A program made the position numbers and the translations under genes. Positions 17,821-26,847 of a DNA stretch of 64,000 nt are shown piece after piece. The DNA is from an uncultured Marinilabiliaceae bacterium (lineage in GTDB: Bacteria; Bacteroidota; Bacteroidia; Bacteroidales; VadinHA17). The DNA is taken from NCBI GenBank assembly GCA_942492595.1, contig CALOFK010000001.1, positions 80,366 to 144,365 on the forward strand. The letters are read 5' to 3'. Every line of letters begins with the position of its first letter. Within the stretch, counting starts at the first letter, position 1. The notes beneath the pieces were generated by a model that was given only the letters and a program-made list of their open reading frames with translations, did not search any database and was not told the origin of the DNA.

Positions 17821-20800
17821 ATGCTAAACCGAATTATAAATTTTAGTATAAACAATAAACTTATTGCTATCCTTATTACCATTTCTTTAGCCGGTTTTGG
17901 TGTATTTGCTCTTTTCCATATCCCCCTGGGCGCGGTACCAGATATAACAAATAACCAGGTCCAGGTAATTACAACATCTACAAACCTGTCGACACAGGAC
18001 GTAGAGCAGTTTATTACCTATCCTGTTGAGCTGGAAATGTCTAATCTGCCCGGTGTAACAGAGATAAGATCGATCTCCAAGTTTGGCCTCTCGGTAGTAA
18101 CGATAGTATTTGAAGATAAGATGGGCACCTACCTGCCCAGGCAGCTAATAGCAGAAAAAATCAAGAATGCCTCGGCAAATATCCCCGAAGGATTTGGCAC
18201 GCCGGAAATGGGTCCAATATCAACCGGACTGGGTGAGATTTATCAATATATCCTCGACACAAAACCTGGATACGAAGATAAATACTCAATTATGGAGCTC
18301 AGGACGATCCAGGATTGGATGGTTAAGAGGCAGCTGTCGGGTATACCCGGCGTGGTTGAAGTAAATACCTGGGGTGGTTATTTAAAACAATATGAAGTAG
18401 CAATTAACCCAGAAAGAATTAAGGGTCTTGGCATTACACTATTGCAGGTATATGATGCCTTAAGTAAAAACAATAATGTTGCAGGTGGTGCGTATATTGA
18501 GAAACAGTATCAGAGTTATTTTATCCGCGGCGACGGGCTTGTAAGCTCACTTGAAGATATTGAAAACATTGTGGTTGCGAACAGAGATGGCATACCTGTT
18601 CTTATTAAAGATATAGCTACGGTACAATTCGGAAGTGCAAATCGTTTTGGCGCAATTACAGCAAACGGTGAGGGTGAAAAGGTAATGGGCCAGATAATGA
18701 TGTTAAAAGACGCTAACTCAAACAAGGTAATTGATGCGGTAAAAACAAGGGTTGACGAGGTTCAGAAGACACTGCCCGAGGGAGTATTTATAAATCCTAT
18801 TCTTGAGCGAAGCGAGCTTATCAGTAAAACATCTCTTACTGTATTTGAAAATCTTTTGTTTGGCTGTCTGATCGTATTTATAATAGTTCTGGTCCTGCTT
18901 GGTAACCTGCGATCCGGCTTGGTTATTGCTTCTATGATACCACTCTCCCTGCTATTCACGATATCAATGATGTATGTCTTTGGTATCGACGCCAACCTGA
19001 TGAGTCTCGGGGCCCTCGACTTTGGTATTATAATAGATGGTGCGGTTATAATTGTGGAGTTTATCGTTATCAGGCTCACAGTAAACAGGGATGAGCTTCT
19101 TTCGGCAAAAAGCGACGATAAACATCTGATTATGGACAGGGTAACCTTTAACGGGGCCTCTAAGATGATGAATTCGGCCATATTCGGTCAGCTTATTATA
19201 CTTATTGTTTTTATTCCCGTACTTTCATTAAGCGGTGTTGAAGGAAAAATGTTCAGACCCATGGCGCTGTCGTTCAGCTTTGCCTTAATCGGAGCAATGA
19301 TATTTAGTCTTATTTGGCTACCTGTGGCTTCTTCGCTTTTCCTGAGGCCGGAGAAGCAAAAGCAATTTATACTGACCCGGGGAATAATGAAGATTCTTTA
19401 TCGTTCCTATGACCCGGTAATTAAATGGTCGTACGATCATAAGAAAATACTACTCGGAATGGCCCTGGTTTCATTAATACTTACCGGTGTTATTTTTTCG
19501 CGCATGGGAGGTGAATTTGTTCCTACCCTGGATGAAGGTGACTTTGTTATTCAGCCAGTACTAAAAACAGGTACCTCGCTTTCCAATACTGTATCGCTCA
19601 CAACCCAGATGGAAAATATCCTTATTGATGAGTTTCCTGAAATAGATCAGATAGTTTGCAGGATAGGTGCCGCAGAGGTACCCACAGATCCAATGTCTAT
19701 GGAGGAAATAGATATGATAATTAAATTAATACCAAAAAAAGAATGGGTCTCGGCAGACAGCAAAGAAGAACTGGCTGCTCTTTTTAAGGAGTCTCTTATG
19801 GTTATCCCCGGCCTTGACTACGAGTTTACACAGCCTATTGAGATGAGATTTAATGAACTTATCACCGGTGTTCGTGCCGATCTTGCAATAAAGATCTTTG
19901 GCGACGATCTTTCTATACTGGCTCAAAAAGCAGAAGAGGTAAAAGATCTTATATCTGATGTTCCCGGGGCTGCTGATATAATTTATGAAAAAACAGAAGG
20001 CCTTCCTCAAATGAGTGTGAAATATGACCGTAAAAGAATAGCATACTATGGTCTGTCAATAGAGGAGCTTAATCAGTATCTTACCACAGCTTTTGCCGGA
20101 GGTATTGCAGGGAGTGTTTTTGAAGGAGAGAAGAGGTTCGACCTTGTTGCCCGACTTCAGGCCGATTACCGTGTTGATATAGAAAACATCAGAAATCTGT
20201 TTGTCGGACTGCCTAATGGAGGACAGGTCCCATTAAAAGAGCTGGCAGATATAGAATATACAACAGGTCCTGCAAAAATATCAAGAGACGATACACAGAG
20301 AAGAATAGTTGTAAGCGTAAACGTCAGGAACCGTGACCTGGAATCGGTTGTGGCAGATATTGAGAATATTCTTAACGAAGAACTGGTTCTTCCTTCGGGA
20401 TATTATATTAATTACGGCGGACAGTTTGAAAATCTGAGAAATGCCTCAAAAAGACTTAAAATAGCCGTTCCCATAGCGCTATTACTTATCTTTATCTTTC
20501 TTCACTTTGCGTTTAAGTCATTAAAAGAAGCTGCCCTTGTATTTACCGCAATACCTTTATCTATTGTTGGAGGTGTTTTCCTGCTATGGATACGTGGCAT
20601 GCCATTCAGTATCTCGGCCGGAATTGGATTTATAGCTCTCTTTGGTGTGGCCGTGCTAAACGGTATTGTGCTTATTGAACACCTGAAAGACTTAAAGAAC
20701 TCTGGAATTACAGATATGAGGAAGCTTATTATAAAGGGCACTCGTGAAAGACTGAGACCGGTAATCTTAACAGCCTCGGCTGCAGCGCTGGGCTTTCTGC

Positions 20801-22185
20801 CAATGGCAATTTCAACATCTGCAGGTGCAGAGGTACAGAGGCCCCTTGCAACAGTAGTTATAGGCGGACTGGTAACATCTACTCTTCTTACTATGCTTGC
20901 CCTGCCCATCCTGTACGCCATATTTGACAATGTAACAGGTATACGCCTGTGGCCTCCTGGCTTAAAAACAAAGAAGCTTGTTCTGCTTGTAGTTCTTGTT
21001 CTTACTCCTCTGTTTGTACAGTCACAAAGCTCAAATCAGGGAGAAAACAATCCGGAGATTATTACTCTTGAAAATGCTCTTGAGCTGGCTTATTCGAACA
21101 ACAGTGAGCTGGCTGCATTTAATTCTATGATTGAAGAAAGCAAGGCTCTTATAAACACAGCCTTTGCCATTGATAAAACAACTTTTTACTACAACTACGA
21201 CGAAAATAATATTGCCGACAATAACTATCCTATCCGTGTTATAGGAGGAGAGCAGCGTTTTGATTTTCCTACTGTTTATTTTGCACAAAAAAAGGCAAAT
21301 ACCATATCTTCATTGATGGCAGCAGACCGCTTTGAGATTAAGAAAAGGGAAATAACACTTAAGGTCTCAACAGCGTATTACTCGATAATACACCTTCAAA
21401 GCAAATTAAACCTGTATCAAAAGGCAGATAGCATCTTCTCCCGGTATTCGGATGCTGCTGAAATAAGCAATAAGCAGGGAGAGACCACCTACCTCGAAAT
21501 GCTTACAGCAAAAGCCAGATACCATAATATTAAAGTGCTGAGATCCCAGGTCGAACAAGACCTGAATATAGCAATAAATACCCTTGGATCTCTAATTTAC
21601 CGTGATGGTGATTTTATTGTTCCCAGGCAGGAGCCCGTGGCTCTTGAAATAGATCAAAGCCTGGCAGAAACGAGTCCAGGCTATCGACTGGCCGACCACA
21701 CTGCTCTGCTGCAGGATGCTTCAGTTAAGGCAGAAAAGAACAGGCTTCTTCCTGATCTGACACTGGGGTATTTTAATGGAACAAATAACTATTCCGGATC
21801 TGAAAATTACCAGGGTTTTGAAATAGGCCTGGGTATACCACTGTTCTGGGGTGAACAAAAATCAAAAATTAAAGCGGCAAAACACTCTCTTGAAGCGGCA
21901 AATTATCTCAGGGAAAGCTATAACAGAACATATAATAACAGGTTATCGGAACTGAGTGATCTAATAAGCAAACAGAAAGAATACATTGAATACTATGAGT
22001 TGTCGGGTAAAAATATTTCTTATGAACTTATAAGGTCTTCTCAAATAAGCTATTCTGCTGGTGAGATTGACTTTTTCAGGCTCGTGCAAAGCATCGACTC
22101 TGCAATTGAAATAGAACTAAGCTACCTCGATAATCTTCAGAAATATAATGAATTTGTTCTCGAAATAAATTATTTATCGCTTTAA
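17821..22185 (+). CDS. CusA/CzcA-family heavy-metal RND permease fused to a C-terminal TolC-like domain
   Basis: AVPDITNNQVQVIT, ALDFGIIIDGAVIIVE, VPTLDEGD, ERLRPVILTA and GAEVQRPLATVVIGGL (HME-RND), then about 390 aa of OEP-like sequence (YSAGEIDFFRL). Confidence 0.96.
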   Translation: MLNRIINFSINNKLIAILITISLAGFGVFALFHIPLGAVPDITNNQVQVITTSTNLSTQDVEQFITYPVELEMSNLPGVTEIRSISKFGLSVVTIVFEDKMGTYLPRQLIAEKIKNASANIPEGFGTPEMGPISTGLGEIYQYILDTKPGYEDKYSIMELRTIQDWMVKRQLSGIPGVVEVNTWGGYLKQYEVAINPERIKGLGITLLQVYDALSKNNNVAGGAYIEKQYQSYFIRGDGLVSSLEDIENIVVANRDGIPVLIKDIATVQFGSANRFGAITANGEGEKVMGQIMMLKDANSNKVIDAVKTRVDEVQKTLPEGVFINPILERSELISKTSLTVFENLLFGCLIVFIIVLVLLGNLRSGLVIASMIPLSLLFTISMMYVFGIDANLMSLGALDFGIIIDGAVIIVEFIVIRLTVNRDELLSAKSDDKHLIMDRVTFNGASKMMNSAIFGQLIILIVFIPVLSLSGVEGKMFRPMALSFSFALIGAMIFSLIWLPVASSLFLRPEKQKQFILTRGIMKILYRSYDPVIKWSYDHKKILLGMALVSLILTGVIFSRMGGEFVPTLDEGDFVIQPVLKTGTSLSNTVSLTTQMENILIDEFPEIDQIVCRIGAAEVPTDPMSMEEIDMIIKLIPKKEWVSADSKEELAALFKESLMVIPGLDYEFTQPIEMRFNELITGVRADLAIKIFGDDLSILAQKAEEVKDLISDVPGAADIIYEKTEGLPQMSVKYDRKRIAYYGLSIEELNQYLTTAFAGGIAGSVFEGEKRFDLVARLQADYRVDIENIRNLFVGLPNGGQVPLKELADIEYTTGPAKISRDDTQRRIVVSVNVRNRDLESVVADIENILNEELVLPSGYYINYGGQFENLRNASKRLKIAVPIALLLIFIFLHFAFKSLKEAALVFTAIPLSIVGGVFLLWIRGMPFSISAGIGFIALFGVAVLNGIVLIEHLKDLKNSGITDMRKLIIKGTRERLRPVILTASAAALGFLPMAISTSAGAEVQRPLATVVIGGLVTSTLLTMLALPILYAIFDNVTGIRLWPPGLKTKKLVLLVVLVLTPLFVQSQSSNQGENNPEIITLENALELAYSNNSELAAFNSMIEESKALINTAFAIDKTTFYYNYDENNIADNNYPIRVIGGEQRFDFPTVYFAQKKANTISSLMAADRFEIKKREITLKVSTAYYSIIHLQSKLNLYQKADSIFSRYSDAAEISNKQGETTYLEMLTAKARYHNIKVLRSQVEQDLNIAINTLGSLIYRDGDFIVPRQEPVALEIDQSLAETSPGYRLADHTALLQDASVKAEKNRLLPDLTLGYFNGTNNYSGSENYQGFEIGLGIPLFWGEQKSKIKAAKHSLEAANYLRESYNRTYNNRLSELSDLISKQKEYIEYYELSGKNISYELIRSSQISYSAGEIDFFRLVQSIDSAIEIELSYLDNLQKYNEFVLEINYLSL

Positions 22186-22247
22186 GCAATATTAAATACA
22201 GAACAAGAAATAATCATAAGTCTGCCATAAAGAAAAACACAGATCAA

Positions 22248-23390
22248 ATGAAAAAAGGAATAAATAAAATTTTAATACATGCCACAGTCCTGTCAATTAT
22301 TATTTTAAACGGCTGCCATGGTAGCAAAGGCGAATCTGATCTTGCTGCAGTAAGTGCTGGGTCGCAAGCTCAGGATGAAGTGATCGTTAGCAAAGCTCAA
22401 TTTAAGCAGGCTAATATGAAATTGGGTAAGCCCGAGATCATTACATTTTCTCAAACGGTAACTGCCAATGGTTATATTGCCCCTTCTCCCAATGGTAAAG
22501 TAAATATAAGTTCACTTATTCCGGGTAGAGTAAAAAAGATTTACATAAGGCCTGGAGAGAAGATCTCCAGGGGTCATTTACTTTTCACTCTTGAGGGAAA
22601 CGAAATAATACAAATACAACAGGATTATGCCGAAAGCTATAATCAGCTTATTTTATTAAAAGCCAACTACGAGAGAAATAAGGAATTAGCAAAGGAAAAT
22701 ATTACTGCCAGAAAAGACCTGCTGCTCGCAGAAACAGATTATAATACAATGCTTGCAAAAAAAGAGGGTTTAATAGCCCTGCTCCTGATGGTAAATATTG
22801 ATCCTACAGCAATCGAAAAGGGCACAATATTGCCAGCCATATCTGTATATTCTCCTATCGACGGCTATATTACAAACCTGTTTTTTGAGGTTGGTGAATT
22901 TATCGATGCAAATAATACCATTGTAGAAATTATTGACCCAAATCAGCTACAGCTGGATATATCAGTTTTTAAACAGGATATAGATAATCTTGCAAAAGGA
23001 CAAACAGTAAGATTTTATGACCCTGATAAACCAGAGATGATTTACGAGGCAGTTCTTTCACAAATAGGCCAGACTATTGATGTGGAGTCAAGAACCATAC
23101 ACTGTACGGCAAACATTAATACAAAAGACAGAGTGAGCTTTATTAATAATACATTTGTTGAAACAGAAATCACTACCCTCTCCCGGGAGGCTTATTCATT
23201 ACCCGAATCTGCTATCCTTGAAGAAAACGGAAAAAGCCTGGTGCTAACCAGAGCAGGAGAGACAGGTGATAATATTATTTTCAAAAAATCCATAGTCAAA
23301 ACAGGCATAAGCCAGGGAGGCTTTATTGAAATTCTCAATGAAGAATTATCTGATGTACTAACAGAGGGAGTTTATAACCTTTTTGAATAA
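22248..23390 (+). CDS. CzcB-like RND periplasmic adaptor lipoprotein
   Basis: Lipobox IILNGC, VYSPIDGYIT, IGQTIDVESRT. Follows czcA. Confidence 0.92.
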   Translation: MKKGINKILIHATVLSIIILNGCHGSKGESDLAAVSAGSQAQDEVIVSKAQFKQANMKLGKPEIITFSQTVTANGYIAPSPNGKVNISSLIPGRVKKIYIRPGEKISRGHLLFTLEGNEIIQIQQDYAESYNQLILLKANYERNKELAKENITARKDLLLAETDYNTMLAKKEGLIALLLMVNIDPTAIEKGTILPAISVYSPIDGYITNLFFEVGEFIDANNTIVEIIDPNQLQLDISVFKQDIDNLAKGQTVRFYDPDKPEMIYEAVLSQIGQTIDVESRTIHCTANINTKDRVSFINNTFVETEITTLSREAYSLPESAILEENGKSLVLTRAGETGDNIIFKKSIVKTGISQGGFIEILNEELSDVLTEGVYNLFE

Positions 23391-23419
23391 GAACTATCTT
23401 AATTAAACGCTAAAAAAAA

Positions 23420-23450
23420 TTTGTAATAAAAAGAATTGTTTATATGTTTG
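23420..23450 (+). promoter_or_regulatory. Bacteroidota primary-sigma promoter of the ars operon
   Basis: TTTG (23420-23423), a 19-nt spacer, then TATGTTTG (23443-23450): matches TTTG-N19-21-TAnnTTTG. Confidence 0.75.
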
Positions 23451-23469
23451 TTCGTAATTATACGAACAA
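23448..23469. promoter_or_regulatory. ArsR operator candidate 1
   Basis: TTGTTCGT-aattat-ACGAACAA, an 8-6-8 perfect inverted repeat overlapping the -7 element just before the arsR ATG. Confidence 0.78.
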
Positions 23470-23471
23470 TC

Positions 23472-23771
23472 ATGGGCAAGGATATAGTTTTTACAAATCA
23501 ACAAAATAAAGCAGCCAGATATGCCAAGGCTCTGGGTCATCCTGTACGTCTATATGTACTGGAGCTGCTTTCTAAACAGGCCTGCTGTTACAGCGGAGAC
23601 CTTAGCGAGGAGCTGCCTATTGCCAAGTCAACATTATCGCAACACCTTAAGGAACTTAAGGACGCCGGTCTAATCCAGGGCGAGACAGAGGCACCAAGAA
23701 TTAAATATTGTGTAAATAAAGAAAACTGGTTAGAAGCACAGAGTCTTTTTAAAGACCTGTTTGAAATATAA
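23472..23771 (+). CDS. arsR: ArsR/SmtB-family metalloregulator
   Basis: KALGHPVRL, ACCYSGDL, IAKSTLSQHLKELKDAGLI, KYC. Start placed at ATG 23472 (ORF track 23436) because the promoter lies in between. Confidence 0.92.
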   Translation: MGKDIVFTNQQNKAARYAKALGHPVRLYVLELLSKQACCYSGDLSEELPIAKSTLSQHLKELKDAGLIQGETEAPRIKYCVNKENWLEAQSLFKDLFEI

Positions 23772-23786
23772 AATTTTTTCACCCGA

Positions 23787-23808
23787 TTGTTCGCCGTTTT
23801 GCGAACAA
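23787..23808. promoter_or_regulatory. ArsR operator candidate 2 (between arsR and the thioredoxin-like gene)
   Basis: TTGTTCGC-cgtttt-GCGAACAA has the same arms and spacing as operator 1. An extra CGAACAA half-site follows at 23809-23815. Confidence 0.72.
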
Positions 23809-23824
23809 CGAACAAACAAAAACT

Positions 23825-24058
23825 ATGGAAATTAAAGTATTAGGATCAGGATGCGCCAGGTGCAAACAGCTTGAAAAGGTAACAATAAAGGCAGTTGAGG
23901 AAGGAGGAATAGATGCTTCTGTTGTAAAAGTAGAAGATATAGCTGAGATCATGAGATACGGCATAATGGTAACGCCGGCACTCGTTGTTGATGAAAAAGT
24001 AGTGTTAAAAGGTAAAATACCATCTGTTAAAGAGCTTATAGAATTACTAAAAGATTAA
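23825..24058 (+). CDS. Small redox-active disulfide protein (MTH895/ArsE-like thioredoxin family)
   Basis: MEIKVLGSGCARC...YGIMVTPALVVD. Confidence 0.9.
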   Translation: MEIKVLGSGCARCKQLEKVTIKAVEEGGIDASVVKVEDIAEIMRYGIMVTPALVVDEKVVLKGKIPSVKELIELLKD

Positions 24059-24062
24059 TAAA

Positions 24063-24458
24063 ATGAAAACAAAATTAAGCCTGATTATTTTTCTATTATT
24101 TGGCAGTTTATCCGGCCTTAGCGCAATGCAAAAGGTAGAATTGCAAACAAGTAATGATATTAAAGTTTATTATTTCCATGCAACAAGGCGTTGTGTAACC
24201 TGCCAGGCCGTTGAAAATGTATCAAGAAAGGCCATAAAGGATAATTATGGGGACGAAATTGATTTTATTGTTGTAAACCGGGAAAAAGAAGAAAATATCG
24301 CTCTTGTTGAAAAATACAAAGTAAGTGGACAAAGCCTTATTATTGTTAAAGGCGATAGGGTAGAAAACCTTACTAACTCTGCATTTATGAATGCACTGAA
24401 AAAACCCGAAAAACTGGAAGAGCTTATTGTCTCAACTCTTGAATCAATGAAAGATTAA
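24063..24458 (+). CDS. ArsF-like exported thioredoxin-fold protein
   Basis: Signal peptide, then VYYFHATRRCVTC (CxxC). Lies between the ArsE-like and ArsG-like genes. Confidence 0.75.
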   Translation: MKTKLSLIIFLLFGSLSGLSAMQKVELQTSNDIKVYYFHATRRCVTCQAVENVSRKAIKDNYGDEIDFIVVNREKEENIALVEKYKVSGQSLIIVKGDRVENLTNSAFMNALKKPEKLEELIVSTLESMKD

Positions 24459-25156
24459 TGGAGGTATTGCAAAACTTCTTTGAGTCTACGCAACTTCCTG
24501 TTCTCTCTGCTTTTATTCTGGGCCTTATGACAGCCATAAGTCCCTGTCCTATGGCAACAAATATTACCGCTGTAGGATTTATTGGAAAAGACCTGGAGAA
24601 CAAACAAAGGGTCTTCATTAATGGGCTTTTTTATACCCTTGGAAGGGCAATATCCTATACAACAATTGGCCTGGTTTTTTATTTCGGGGCCAGTGAGTTT
24701 AAAATATCAGGTTTTTTACAGACCTGGGGAGAAAGATTTATTGGACCGATATTAATTATTATAGGTTTATTTATGCTCGACATAATAAAGATAAAATTAC
24801 CCTGGTCGGGATACCTGACTTCAGGTATGGAGAAAAATGCAGGCAGGGGAATAGTCGGCATTATTCTTATGGGTATAGTTTTTGCTCTTGCCTTCTGCCC
24901 CTATAGTGGAGTATTATTCTTTGGTATGCTTATACCTCTTACTGTCTCGAGTGCAAAGGGTTTATATCTTCCTGTTGTTTATGCCCTCGCAACGGGGATT
25001 CCTGTTATACTATTTTCATGGTTAATTGCCTATAGTGTAGGTTCAATCGGAAAATTATATAAGAGATTAAAAATATTTGAATTCTGGTTCAGAAAGCTTA
25101 TAGCAATAATCTTTATTGTTGTCGGAGCGACATATATCATTATATATTTAAAATAA
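24458..25156 (+). CDS. ArsG-like / DsbD-CcdA-type membrane protein
   Basis: AISPCPMATNI and ALAFCPYSG Cys-Pro pairs in a 6-TM protein. TAATG coupling with the previous gene. Confidence 0.8.
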   Translation: MEVLQNFFESTQLPVLSAFILGLMTAISPCPMATNITAVGFIGKDLENKQRVFINGLFYTLGRAISYTTIGLVFYFGASEFKISGFLQTWGERFIGPILIIIGLFMLDIIKIKLPWSGYLTSGMEKNAGRGIVGIILMGIVFALAFCPYSGVLFFGMLIPLTVSSAKGLYLPVVYALATGIPVILFSWLIAYSVGSIGKLYKRLKIFEFWFRKLIAIIFIVVGATYIIIYLK

Positions 25157-25194
25157 TGCATATCTCCAGGCCTTTATCTTAAATTATTGAAAAT

Positions 25195-26241
25195 ATGAAA
25201 GAAGAAATTTCCCGGCTAAATAAAAACCTGAATGGATGGCTTGTCCCAGGCCTGTTAATCCCGCTATGGTATATAATGTACAGAAACCTGTCACCTGTTT
25301 CAGACTGGGTAACGATAAAGCTCCTGTCGCTTAGCCCGGGAGAGCATCTTACAGAGGCAGTAAGATTTTTCTTTTATGAAGTTCCTAAGGTGATGCTACT
25401 GCTTGTGCTTATTATCTTTATTGTTGGAGTATTAAGAACATGGGTAACACCTGAGCGCACACGGGATTTACTGAAGGGAAAATCTCTTTTTGCCGGGAAT
25501 GTTCTGGCGGCTCTGCTTGGAATAATAACCCCTTTCTGCTCGTGTTCGGCCATACCTCTGTTCCTGGGTTTTGTGGAGGCGGGAATACCCCTGGGGGTAA
25601 CATTTTCCTTCCTTATAGCAGCGCCTATGATTAACGAGGTTGCCCTTGTTCTTCTAATTGGTCTGTTTGGATGGAAGGTGGCAATAATATATGTAATTAC
25701 GGGACTGGCTATAGCTATATTGTCGGGATGGTTAATCGGCAGGATGGGGCTTGAAAAATATGTTGCTGATTGGGCCTATTCAATAAAGGCTCAGCAGAGT
25801 GATTCTGAAGTTTCCGGTTTAACAATTTACGACAGGCTTCAGAATGGTTACCGTACAGTTGGCGAAATTGTGGGTAAGATATGGCCATATATTCTGCTGG
25901 GTATTGCCGTAGGGGCCGGAGCTCATGGATATGTGCCTGAAGATTTTCTTGGAGCACTTCTTGGTAAGGAAAATTGGTATGGTGTACCGCTGGCAATCCT
26001 GCTTGGTGTGCCAATGTACTCTAATGCGGCAGGAGTAATACCCATTGTAAGTGTACTAATAGAAAAAGGTGTGTCCCTGGGTACGGCCCTGGCGTTTATG
26101 ATGTCGGTTATTGCCCTGTCTCTTCCCGAAATAATTATCCTGAAGAAAGTGCTTAAGTGGCAGCTGATTGCTGTCTTTGTTGGGATTGTAGCTGTTGGGA
26201 TTATAATTGTGGGCTTTATATTTAACTATGTAATGGTTTAA
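25195..26241 (+). CDS. ArsP_1 (DUF318) family permease
   Basis: TPFCSCSAIP, FLIAAPMINE, GVPMYSN, ALSLPEII. Confidence 0.9.
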   Translation: MKEEISRLNKNLNGWLVPGLLIPLWYIMYRNLSPVSDWVTIKLLSLSPGEHLTEAVRFFFYEVPKVMLLLVLIIFIVGVLRTWVTPERTRDLLKGKSLFAGNVLAALLGIITPFCSCSAIPLFLGFVEAGIPLGVTFSFLIAAPMINEVALVLLIGLFGWKVAIIYVITGLAIAILSGWLIGRMGLEKYVADWAYSIKAQQSDSEVSGLTIYDRLQNGYRTVGEIVGKIWPYILLGIAVGAGAHGYVPEDFLGALLGKENWYGVPLAILLGVPMYSNAAGVIPIVSVLIEKGVSLGTALAFMMSVIALSLPEIIILKKVLKWQLIAVFVGIVAVGIIIVGFIFNYVMV

Positions 26242-26394
26242 AGGTATAATGATTGAATTACTATGATATGAAATTATTTTGAAATTATCATTTCGAGAAA
26301 AGCGAGAAATCTATAAACATATTATATAGATTCCTTATATTCATTCGGTATGACAAACCATATATCCCTTTAATTAACCATCAAACTTTCTGTT

Positions 26395-26820
26395 ATGAAA
26401 ATCCTGATATTATGTACCGGAAACAGTTGTCGCAGCCAGATGGCACATGGCTTCCTGCAGTCTTTCGACAGCAGTCTAAATGTATATTCTGCAGGCACCG
26501 AAGCATCAGGCAAATTAAACCGTGCAGCTGTCGGGGTAATGAAAGAAATTGGTATAGATATTAGTCATCACACTTCCGACCCTATCGAAAAATATATTGA
26601 TAGTGAATGGGATTATGTTATTACCGTTTGCGGTGGGGCAAATGAGAGTTGTCCATTATTTACAGGAAGGGTAAAGAAGAGGCTGCATATCGGCTTTGAC
26701 GATCCTTCCTTTGCCACAGGAACACCTGAATTTATCAGAAGTGAATACCTCCGGGTAAGAGACGAAATACACAAGGCATTTAGTGATTTATATCAACAGG
26801 AAATCAGGCCGCAGATCTGA
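26395..26820 (+). CDS. arsC: Thioredoxin-dependent arsenate reductase (LMW-PTP fold)
   Basis: P-loop LCTGNSCRSQMA, redox pair TVCGGANESCP, and GFDDP. Confidence 0.92.
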   Translation: MKILILCTGNSCRSQMAHGFLQSFDSSLNVYSAGTEASGKLNRAAVGVMKEIGIDISHHTSDPIEKYIDSEWDYVITVCGGANESCPLFTGRVKKRLHIGFDDPSFATGTPEFIRSEYLRVRDEIHKAFSDLYQQEIRPQI

Positions 26821-26847
26821 ACCTTAGAAGAAGATTATCGCTGGATA

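Noticed and set aside
26293-26332. Third ArsR operator upstream of arsC
   Set aside because: TTCG-n7-CGAG has the wrong spacing and lacks the TTGT/ACAA arms. The neighbouring AATCTATA-n9-TATAGATT repeat is AT-rich and unrelated.
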